Source: Candidatus Thorarchaeota archaeon
Lineage (GTDB): Archaea > Asgardarchaeota > Thorarchaeia > Thorarchaeales > Thorarchaeaceae
Reading direction: 5' to 3'
Assembly (NCBI GenBank): GCA_004524445.1
Contig: SDNP01000003.1
Span: 32,001-96,000 of the forward strand
Length of the DNA stretch: 64,000 bases
Part shown: positions 56,288-64,000 of the stretch, one piece after another
Layout: every line of letters begins with the position of its first letter
Numbering within the stretch: position 1 is the first letter of the stretch
Notes under the pieces: generated by a model
Told to the model about the DNA's origin: nothing
The model's database searches: none
Seen by the model: only the letters and a program-made list of their open reading frames with translations
Position numbers and translations under genes: made by a program

Positions 56288-58079
56288 GAAGTTGCCAATA
56301 CTTTCTGAACAAGGATTCAAGAATTAACATTACTGGAACTGCAAGAAGCAGGAGAAATGTTGCAGGTCCGGCATATACTGTCAATAACTCTCCAGAAACA
56401 GCAAATACTCCAGCGAAAAAGAAGTATGCAATTGATAGAGCAATCAAAAGGGGAATCCAGACAATGACCGTCAATTGCAGCGGTATCCCGTGACGCGTAG
56501 ATGACAATGCAATGATGAGAGAAAACAGAATGATGATGAGAGAGAGAAACCATCCGCTCAAACCAAGGAAATTCCCAAAAATCTCCATGAAATCCAACAG
56601 GGAGATTTCAACTCGCCCACTGATTCCAAAGTAAGGAAGTAGAAAACCGGATACCATCATGACGATACCGACAAGGATGGGGAGTTCTCTGACTGTTTTT
56701 GCTAGGGTTGGATGCCACCCCGTCATCTTACTAATTGCAACTAGTCCCAACCCAGACAGTAGGCTAATGAGAGGGACGATGAAACTCCCGCCTCGAGCAA
56801 TATGAATCCCTGATGAGGTATAGATGATGCCGTCCCTCATTCCACTCACAAAGAAAGAGATTTTTCCTATGTGAGTTGGAACTAAGTCAAAGATGAAACC
56901 ATTGGGGGTTTTTTCCATCTCAGATATTTGCCAAGGTGATCCAGGATCACCCGTCCGCCAACATACACTCAATGGCAAATCTGAAGTAACGTTAGCGGAT
57001 ATCCTCAAGGTCCAGCCATAGATTGAAATCTCTTCTCTTTGAGTAACAGTAATTGTTGGGTATTCCTCATCGTTTGCAAAGATGGAATTAACCCACTCTA
57101 TGATCACAGAAGTCCAAGTGGGGTCAATGAAATGACCTGAATTAGGTAACAAACTCAAAGTGAGCGGAGCAGATATTGCATGAATCGTATCATGAACGCA
57201 TAATAGAGGAAAGAATGGGTCATTGGTACCCGCAAACATAAGCACAGGGGTTGTGAGTTGCCTAGCATATGCAATTGGATCGAACCATTTGATAGCGTCA
57301 TTTATTGTCTTTGAGTCCAGTTTTTCATCAGGAAGAAACAAGCTATTCAGGAATGTCCCGGAACGAAGAGATTCATTTAGATTACCTGCTGCAATCATTG
57401 GCACCGAACCATCAACTCGTTCATCTATGGCTGACAGAATAATAGACTGGATTCCACCCATAGAGCCTCCAGCAACAATCACATCTGAAACAAAGGGGAG
57501 TGAATCCAATAGAGTCACAGCTCGGGCTGCTGACCATACAGAGTGATAGAGATGAGCAGACTCGGGACCGGAAGATACATCCAAAAAAGTATCGGAGTTC
57601 AGAGGAGGATAGGCAGTAGATTCTCCAGAATCAGGTGCGTCAATTGCCATGGCAATGATTCCAGCTGCTGCAAGGTCATTCATTATTCCCATGAAGGTGG
57701 AGGAACTGCTACCGTACCCATGAAGGATTAGGATAGCAGGATGAGTTCCGGTTTGATTCGCTTGTCTGGCGACCGTCGAATGTATTCTTACTTCAATCGA
57801 ATTAATCTCATCGCTTCGGTAGGTGAATTGCCACCTTTCAAGAGCTACTTGCGTTGATTCTGTTTCATGGATGATGACCGAAGTTGATATGTTAGTAATA
57901 TCAAGTGGCTCATCTTCTGCCGGCCCGAGATCCCAAAAGTCGGTTTCATGATAATCGGAGGATGCAGGTAGAGAATGCCGTATCGGATATTGATTCCCAA
58001 TCCAGAATATTAGGGATATCACTGAACCAAGAAAGACGAGTAGGACTAGGGTCAATGCTGCTGCTTGATTTCTGTTCAT
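56247..58079 (-). CDS. Membrane-anchored alpha/beta hydrolase
   Basis: N-terminal TM, LHGYG, GGSMGG, GTND, SGH; several C-terminal TMs. Confidence 0.85.
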   Translation of the reverse strand: MNRNQAAALTLVLLVFLGSVISLIFWIGNQYPIRHSLPASSDYHETDFWDLGPAEDEPLDITNISTSVIIHETESTQVALERWQFTYRSDEINSIEVRIHSTVARQANQTGTHPAILILHGYGSSSSTFMGIMNDLAAAGIIAMAIDAPDSGESTAYPPLNSDTFLDVSSGPESAHLYHSVWSAARAVTLLDSLPFVSDVIVAGGSMGGIQSIILSAIDERVDGSVPMIAAGNLNESLRSGTFLNSLFLPDEKLDSKTINDAIKWFDPIAYARQLTTPVLMFAGTNDPFFPLLCVHDTIHAISAPLTLSLLPNSGHFIDPTWTSVIIEWVNSIFANDEEYPTITVTQREEISIYGWTLRISANVTSDLPLSVCWRTGDPGSPWQISEMEKTPNGFIFDLVPTHIGKISFFVSGMRDGIIYTSSGIHIARGGSFIVPLISLLSGLGLVAISKMTGWHPTLAKTVRELPILVGIVMMVSGFLLPYFGISGRVEISLLDFMEIFGNFLGLSGWFLSLIIILFSLIIALSSTRHGIPLQLTVIVWIPLLIALSIAYFFFAGVFAVSGELLTVYAGPATFLLLLAVPVMLILESLFRKYWQLLKGHLQVPENLSS

Positions 58080-58096
58080 TTATCCCCGCACCGCAT

Positions 58097-59128
58097 TCAT
58101 ACAGTGCTTCCGCAGTTGGGGCATATGAATTTGCCTTGTGGTATCTCTTCCCCACAGACTCTGCAGGTAATGACCTTTTTGACCCGCATAGTGTCACTCA
58201 TATCCTCTTTGTGTGGCACGAGAATGAATCTATCATCTTCAAACGAAATTCTGAATTGTGATGGGTTTCCAGCCAACTCAAGAAGATCAGTTGGCATGGG
58301 CAACCTGTAGTTGTTATCAAGCCTAACGACCCTCGTGGCTCCAAGAGTGTCAAGGTCGATGCCCATTCGATGGAATCCCGAAACGATGCCGTCGCGTATC
58401 TCCACCGTGATGTCCGCCATTGAGGCGACCTGCTGGCTGTGGGTTACAATAAAGAATGATGTCCCAAGGGTATCATTCAGTTCCTTGAACAACTCCAAAA
58501 TCCGTTGAGCTGTTTCAGGGTCAAGGTCGCCAGTCGGCTCATCGCATAAAACTAAGCCCTTCCCTTCTGTATCTATTAGGTTTACAAGTGCACTGGCAAT
58601 GGCCACTCTTGATCGCTCACCGCCACTCAAGGTGGTGGCTTTGTTCCGTTTTCTCTCTTCTAAGCCAACCAATTTAATCAATCGATTGACACGGTCAGTT
58701 CTAACCTTCTTAGGAACACCAGCGATTCGAGCGGCAAGTTCTACATTTTGCCATGCATTGAGATGAGGCAGCAGATTGTTAACTTGGAACACAAAACCAA
58801 TGAAAGAACGCCGTGCCTCGGTAAGTACACGTTCAGGGATCTTGGTGATATCCTTACGGAGATTAGCCCAGTACACCTTTCCAACTGTGGCTTTTGTTAT
58901 TCCTCCGATGATATTTGTCAATGTAGTTTTGCCTGAACCGCTTGGTCCGACCACACACATTATCTTCCCTTCAAGAATTTGCAGAGACACACCACTCAGT
59001 GCAACAGTTTCTAATTCATTTGTCTTGTAAATCTTATAGACGTTCTCAGCGCTGACAACCACATCATCAGGATAGTCACTGTAAATGTCGATTTCCTCTG
59101 CAGTTGTCATATGAACATCAATCCACAC
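58097..59128 (-). CDS. ABC ATPase (LolD/MacB-like) with C-terminal AbrB-like and Zn-ribbon domains
   Basis: GPSGSGKT, LSGGE, CDEPTGDLD, VTH; LDNNYRLPMP; CRVC..CPNC. Confidence 0.92.
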   Translation of the reverse strand: MWIDVHMTTAEEIDIYSDYPDDVVVSAENVYKIYKTNELETVALSGVSLQILEGKIMCVVGPSGSGKTTLTNIIGGITKATVGKVYWANLRKDITKIPERVLTEARRSFIGFVFQVNNLLPHLNAWQNVELAARIAGVPKKVRTDRVNRLIKLVGLEERKRNKATTLSGGERSRVAIASALVNLIDTEGKGLVLCDEPTGDLDPETAQRILELFKELNDTLGTSFFIVTHSQQVASMADITVEIRDGIVSGFHRMGIDLDTLGATRVVRLDNNYRLPMPTDLLELAGNPSQFRISFEDDRFILVPHKEDMSDTMRVKKVITCRVCGEEIPQGKFICPNCGSTV

Positions 59129-59207
59129 CCATCTTGGCTTTCAGATAAGGTTATTGAGCTAAGCATTCTGCACATCTTTGCTTCTTTATCCATTCTTTGC
59201 ATGTTAA

Positions 59208-62126
59208 TCACAAATTCCTGAGAGCCTTGGCCGGATCTACTCTCCCAGCCCGTTTGGCGGGGATATAACAGCTAGCCAACATAACAAGGCTCTCCAGTGA
59301 TATGATGACTATCAGCATAGCAATTGGAAATGATAGGACCGCTGCTAGTACTGGAGAGAAAGGTGAAACGCCAAAGGTGAGGATGCTCATAGCGTACCCG
59401 AAGAGGAACCCAAGAATCAAACTGATAGAGATGGCCGCGACCACAGAGCCGGCAAATTCGCCAAAGACCATGCTGACAACTTGCTTCTGCGTACTACCTA
59501 TTGCTCTAAACAAGGCATACTCCTTACTACGTTCACTCACTGAGGATCCAAGGAACAGAGCAATTGCCGAAAGCCCCATAGCAGCACATAGAGCAAATGA
59601 GATTACAGTTAATCCTTGAATGCCTGACAAGAATAGCTGCAGCGAATATGATTGTGTTGAGATATCATATGTTTCAACAGTGAAGACATGAGTGTTCTTC
59701 TCTTCTGAGAGATTCTCAATGATAGGAGTTACATCTGCAAAGCATACTGTATCCACCAAAAACAGCTCCGCGCTATCTATGCTACTTCTCTCCGAGAGAA
59801 AGTCAAGGTTCACCAGAGCAAAGCCGCCTTGTCCCGCTTGGAATCCAAACTGTGCAGCAAACGAGGGGCCGTCGATTTCTTGTGTTGAAGCAATCCCAAA
59901 AGCTGGAGCGCTCTTCATAATTCCGACGATTTTGAATGATGACAATAACGTATCTTCAATGCCCCCATAGTAGACCAAGACCCCATCTCCCGTCGTCTTA
60001 TTCCACAGGCTTGCATAATATTGACTTATTACAATCCCGTTATCAGTCTGACTTAGTTCCATCAGAATTGAATCAGAAGAATTGCCAACAAAGCTACCCT
60101 CTGAGAAACGACCTATATTGAGATATCGGATTGGATCAATACCCTCCAGGAAGAATCGGTTAGTAGATACTTGACCCCATGTCTGCATAACGGGGGTCGC
60201 ATCTATGACGCCTGGATATGACTTCAGGGTTCTGTTGAAATCGAACGGCTTGGGTTCACATTCAATGCGCATGTCAGCACCTATGGCGTAGGCTAACTCG
60301 TTATCTACCGTTGCTTGGAAGCTGGATGTCTGAACCAGCATCATTGTTGTCGTGGTGAGAGTCAAGGTAAGAATTACCAGCAGTGGAATAAATTGGCCCT
60401 TGCGTTTCCTTAGACTTTGGCTCAAATATAGACTCTTTTCACCCAAGAGGAAGCTTGTGCTTCCAGACACGCGGGCGGTGAAGTGACGCATTGCACGAGA
60501 ACCAAAATATGAAGCGACAAACAACAGCAAGGTTGCAATTAGAGTCTCGAGAATTGCCATCATGCCTATAGGGGGAACTAATGTTGGCATCAATAATAGT
60601 GCAGAAAGAGTGAATCCAAGCCCAATGCCATATCTCCATCCATTCCCAGTGTCAGCAACCTCATCGGGTTGATTATCCATTGGCTGCCCGACTTCAGATA
60701 CATCAATTCGTCTTGCAACATGGAGCAGGTAGGTCGCAGGGAGATACATAGCAATCACTGCTGCAATTATCAATCCAAGACTAGGCATAGTAAGATGCGT
60801 GATGTAATCCATAAACACTCCAATATCAAAGACAAATAATCCCGTAGAGGATCCGATTAATGGACCCATCACTAGCGAGAGACCAATACCAATCAAAAGA
60901 CCAGTTAGAGCAAGAAACAGAGATTCCCACATGAATGTAGAAAATACTTGGTTGTAAGATGCGCCCTTAGCCCTGAGAGCGCTGATTTCTCCCTTTCGGC
61001 GCGACACTGCAGCTTCTGATGTGAATACTGTCAGCATAAGGCTCATGATCAATACGGGGAATGCTACAATCGTCAGAATTTGGCTATCTAGGTAAGTCTG
61101 TATCTGGGCATCCAGTTCCCATATATCAAGCAGGCCGCTAACTTGATACGCAGGAAACTCTTCCTCAAATTGTGACTTGAAAGTTATGAGATTGTCAGCG
61201 AAATTCTCAGAACCTCTGGCAATTAATTCGCTCTCAGACGCGCGGACAAGGATGGAGGATTTAAAGTACCCCCAATTTGCAATCTCTTCTGTTTTTTCTT
61301 CGCCTATTTCACTGGAGAGCACAATTACTGAGTCCTCAATTCCGAGGACGGATTCAGCAAAACCTAGAGGATCCCAATTCTTGCGCATGACGGAAACGAA
61401 TGCATTCCCAATCTGTGAGTTTAGGTCCTTGATGCTGTAAATGCCTGCGATTGTTAGGTTATGAGCGGGTTCAACGTTTAGCTCTTCACGAGAACGTAAT
61501 TGCCCTGCTCTCTGTTCATGAGCAATAATGTCGATGTCCACTTCATCTCCAATCTCAAGTTCGATGTCTAGTACATCTTGTGTATAAGATATGAACCCCT
61601 CAGATACAAGCAGCTCTCCATGATTTAGGGTGAACTTACCTGTGTAATCGAATTCCCGTGACCAATACCCGAGTATCTCATTATTGGTCAGAATCACGCG
61701 ACCATCCTTAACTCCTTCTGCATAGTTGTATTGATAGCTACCATATGCATCATAGTACTCCCAATCCGGAAAAGTATCGTTTGCCAAAACGCCCACTGTC
61801 GAAACAACACGATGGACTGCATCCGTTAGAGGATGATCTTCTGCACTCTCTATTATGCTATCAAGCAGTCTCCTATCATACAGGGCATTTGGCTTCAAGC
61901 GAAGAGACATTTGATACGTATTCTCTTCGAAGTAACTTGTAACAACTAAGGTTGTACCCGTATTGGACCACACGAACACAGTGGTAGGCAGCGCAATTCC
62001 GATGGCCAGGACTAACGCAATACCCATATTTCGAGTGGGATATTTCGTTATGGAAGAGAGGGCATATGACAGAGACCATGTTGAGCTGCCCTTCATCCGT
62101 CGTCGGGGGTTTGTTGTTTTCGCCAT
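59208..62126 (-). CDS. FtsX/MacB-type ABC permease
   Basis: Two FtsX repeats (RRKGEISALRAKGAS, ERSKEYALFRAIG), ends DPAKALRNL. Confidence 0.92.
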   Translation of the reverse strand: MAKTTNPRRRMKGSSTWSLSYALSSITKYPTRNMGIALVLAIGIALPTTVFVWSNTGTTLVVTSYFEENTYQMSLRLKPNALYDRRLLDSIIESAEDHPLTDAVHRVVSTVGVLANDTFPDWEYYDAYGSYQYNYAEGVKDGRVILTNNEILGYWSREFDYTGKFTLNHGELLVSEGFISYTQDVLDIELEIGDEVDIDIIAHEQRAGQLRSREELNVEPAHNLTIAGIYSIKDLNSQIGNAFVSVMRKNWDPLGFAESVLGIEDSVIVLSSEIGEEKTEEIANWGYFKSSILVRASESELIARGSENFADNLITFKSQFEEEFPAYQVSGLLDIWELDAQIQTYLDSQILTIVAFPVLIMSLMLTVFTSEAAVSRRKGEISALRAKGASYNQVFSTFMWESLFLALTGLLIGIGLSLVMGPLIGSSTGLFVFDIGVFMDYITHLTMPSLGLIIAAVIAMYLPATYLLHVARRIDVSEVGQPMDNQPDEVADTGNGWRYGIGLGFTLSALLLMPTLVPPIGMMAILETLIATLLLFVASYFGSRAMRHFTARVSGSTSFLLGEKSLYLSQSLRKRKGQFIPLLVILTLTLTTTTMMLVQTSSFQATVDNELAYAIGADMRIECEPKPFDFNRTLKSYPGVIDATPVMQTWGQVSTNRFFLEGIDPIRYLNIGRFSEGSFVGNSSDSILMELSQTDNGIVISQYYASLWNKTTGDGVLVYYGGIEDTLLSSFKIVGIMKSAPAFGIASTQEIDGPSFAAQFGFQAGQGGFALVNLDFLSERSSIDSAELFLVDTVCFADVTPIIENLSEEKNTHVFTVETYDISTQSYSLQLFLSGIQGLTVISFALCAAMGLSAIALFLGSSVSERSKEYALFRAIGSTQKQVVSMVFGEFAGSVVAAISISLILGFLFGYAMSILTFGVSPFSPVLAAVLSFPIAMLIVIISLESLVMLASCYIPAKRAGRVDPAKALRNL

Positions 62127-62135
62127 TATTTTTCC

Positions 62136-64000
62136 TCATAGATTTCGTAGTACTATAGCAGGGTCAGTCTTTGATGCCTGTACTGCTGGCCAATAAGCCC
62201 CTGCAATCATGGCACCGATTTCAATTAGTAAGACAGTGGTAAGGAATCCTATCGGGAATGAGATGACTGCTTGGAGAACTCTAGCAAAAGGACTCATCGA
62301 AAAGACCACTGCACTCATGACATATCCAAATATTGTCCCTAGCACCAGACTCAGTGTTAGAGACGCAAAGACGATACCAGAAAACTCCGACAATACCACA
62401 CGAACAATTTGGCTCTTTGATCCACCTACTGCTCTAAGAATGGCATAGTCCCGTTTTCTCTCTCGAACAACTGAACCGAGGAATAATGTCAGAGCGAACA
62501 TGCTTAGAATCATTGACATAGCAAATCCAATTGAGAACAACCCTTCTACTGTGCTAAGGAATAGTGCGGTTCCAAACGAGAACCGATCCAATTCAAAAGA
62601 CTCCGGAGTGGTTGCAGAAACGCCTGGAAGGTCATTTAATGCTCGCAAAACCAAATCCTGGTCAGTTACACAAACCAAGTCAGCAAGAAATAGATTCGCA
62701 GTAGATATCTCAGTTCTCTCAGATATGTAATCAATATTGGCAATTGCAAATCCAGAGTATCTAGCCTGGAAACCAAACGCCGGCCCCAGCCTTGATGGAG
62801 GTATATCTTCTGCTGATGCATATCCAAAACCAGGAGCACTCTGCACCAGACCGACAACTTGGAGACTGACATATACTGCTTGAAGTCTACCACCAATACG
62901 AAGATTCAGGTTATCGCCAATGGTTTTATTCCATCTGGTAGCGTGATAGTTGCTCAGTATAATACCATTCGGAGTGGATGAGAGCCGCGATAGGAGGAAG
63001 CCTGAATCCTCTCCATAGAAACTGGAGGAGTCGAATTTCCCAATCAGCGAGTATTCAATAGCATCTACGGCTTCAAGTGTCATACGTTCGGTTCCAAGTT
63101 GGGCCCAGGTCCTTAGAATTGGAGTTGCTCGGTTAACACCGGGATACTCCTCCAATGCTTCTCCAAACGAGAATGGCCTGGAGGTAGTCCCCACCCGCAA
63201 ATCAGCACCAAGGGCGTAGGAAATCTCTTTCTGCAGATCTGCTTGAAAGCTCTCTGCTTGAACAGTAAAAGCAATTGTGGAGGAGAGGGTCAGAGATAGA
63301 ACAACCATCAGCGGTACAACTCGTCCTTTTCTCATCCTGAGATTCCCAGATGAAATCATATTCTTTTCACCAAGAAGAAATGAGAGGCGGGAGGTGAATT
63401 TGGCAAAGCCCACTCGGGTGATTCTTGATCCATTATAAGATAGAAAGAACCAAGCTGCAGTACCTAGACCGATTTCCACCAGTAAGAGAATAGGATTTCC
63501 CGGAACAAATAGAACCGCGGCCATGACCAGCCCCAGCAGGACTGCTGAAGCTCCGATTGTGAAGCCATAGGCAGGTTGCTCGGATGTTTCAGTATCTGCA
63601 GTCTCCATAAGTTGGCTTCCTATCTCGGTTAGAGCTGCATTTCTAGCAGAATTCAAGATGAATAGCAACGGAGGAAGAATGCATACCAGAATAGTAGTAA
63701 AAATGCTCTGGGGATTGAGAACAGTTTGTGATAGATAGTAGGAGTAGATTTCCCAATCAAAGCTCATGAAACCCGTTGCAGCAGGAATGAGTGCGGCAAA
63801 TAGCATACTCAGAATAAGACCGAGAGCTACACTAATTGATGCAATTATGATTGATTCAGCGAAGAAGATCCCGTATATCTGACGGGAACTGGCACCCTTT
63901 GATCTTAGAGCGCTGACCTCAGTCTTTCTGGTCGCCATGAAGGTGTCTGCAGCAAATACTGATAGAAACAACGCAAGAATGAAAATAGGCAGATTGAGCA
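62136..64000 (-). CDS. FtsX/MacB-type ABC permease paralog; 5' end outside the window
   Basis: RKTEVSALRSKGAS, ERKRDYAILRAVG, ends DPAIVLRNL; frame stays open to position 64000. Confidence 0.92.
   Translation of the reverse strand, partial: LNLPIFILALFLSVFAADTFMATRKTEVSALRSKGASSRQIYGIFFAESIIIASISVALGLILSMLFAALIPAATGFMSFDWEIYSYYLSQTVLNPQSIFTTILVCILPPLLFILNSARNAALTEIGSQLMETADTETSEQPAYGFTIGASAVLLGLVMAAVLFVPGNPILLLVEIGLGTAAWFFLSYNGSRITRVGFAKFTSRLSFLLGEKNMISSGNLRMRKGRVVPLMVVLSLTLSSTIAFTVQAESFQADLQKEISYALGADLRVGTTSRPFSFGEALEEYPGVNRATPILRTWAQLGTERMTLEAVDAIEYSLIGKFDSSSFYGEDSGFLLSRLSSTPNGIILSNYHATRWNKTIGDNLNLRIGGRLQAVYVSLQVVGLVQSAPGFGYASAEDIPPSRLGPAFGFQARYSGFAIANIDYISERTEISTANLFLADLVCVTDQDLVLRALNDLPGVSATTPESFELDRFSFGTALFLSTVEGLFSIGFAMSMILSMFALTLFLGSVVRERKRDYAILRAVGGSKSQIVRVVLSEFSGIVFASLTLSLVLGTIFGYVMSAVVFSMSPFARVLQAVISFPIGFLTTVLLIEIGAMIAGAYWPAVQASKTDPAIVLRNL

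Noticed and set aside
1-64000. CRISPR arrays, rRNA genes, transposases, long tandem repeats
   Set aside because: None seen by eye; the window is densely coding. Short or degenerate repeats could have been missed without computation.

Overview
Archaeal chromosomal window from an Asgard archaeon, most likely Thorarchaeia. That assignment is an inference from an ESCRT locus together with crenarchaeal-type PolB1, ArcS/RaSEA, FBP aldolase/phosphatase and ABCE1. The left end carries an ESCRT cluster: a truncated ESCRT-III (Vps2/24/46-like) missed by the ORF track, Vps4, Vps25, and a Vps22/36 (EAP30) protein whose N-terminus looks like a Vps28 N-terminal (ESCRT-I headpiece) domain. About 15 kb away is a protein with an IFT52-like GIFT domain, a coiled coil and a steadiness-box-like C-terminus, i.e. 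a Vps23/TSG101 layout without the ubiquitin-binding UEV. Together these suggest a possible ubiquitin-independent ESCRT-I-like adaptor wired covalently to ESCRT-II; this is the best candidate here for an undescribed system and is a hypothesis only. The rest is mostly housekeeping: aspS, an orphan DNA methyltransferase, intein-containing PolB1, a nurA-herA-mre11-rad50 operon with deviant motifs, archaeosine genes, tandem thioredoxins, two tRNA-Arg genes (one with a D-loop intron), gluconeogenesis genes, ABCE1, a box C/D sRNA candidate, another structured RNA candidate, several apparent pseudoenzymes and an FtsX-type ABC system. I saw no CRISPR array, rRNA gene, transposase or integrase. All family calls are by eye from motifs and remembered reference sequences; no searches were run.
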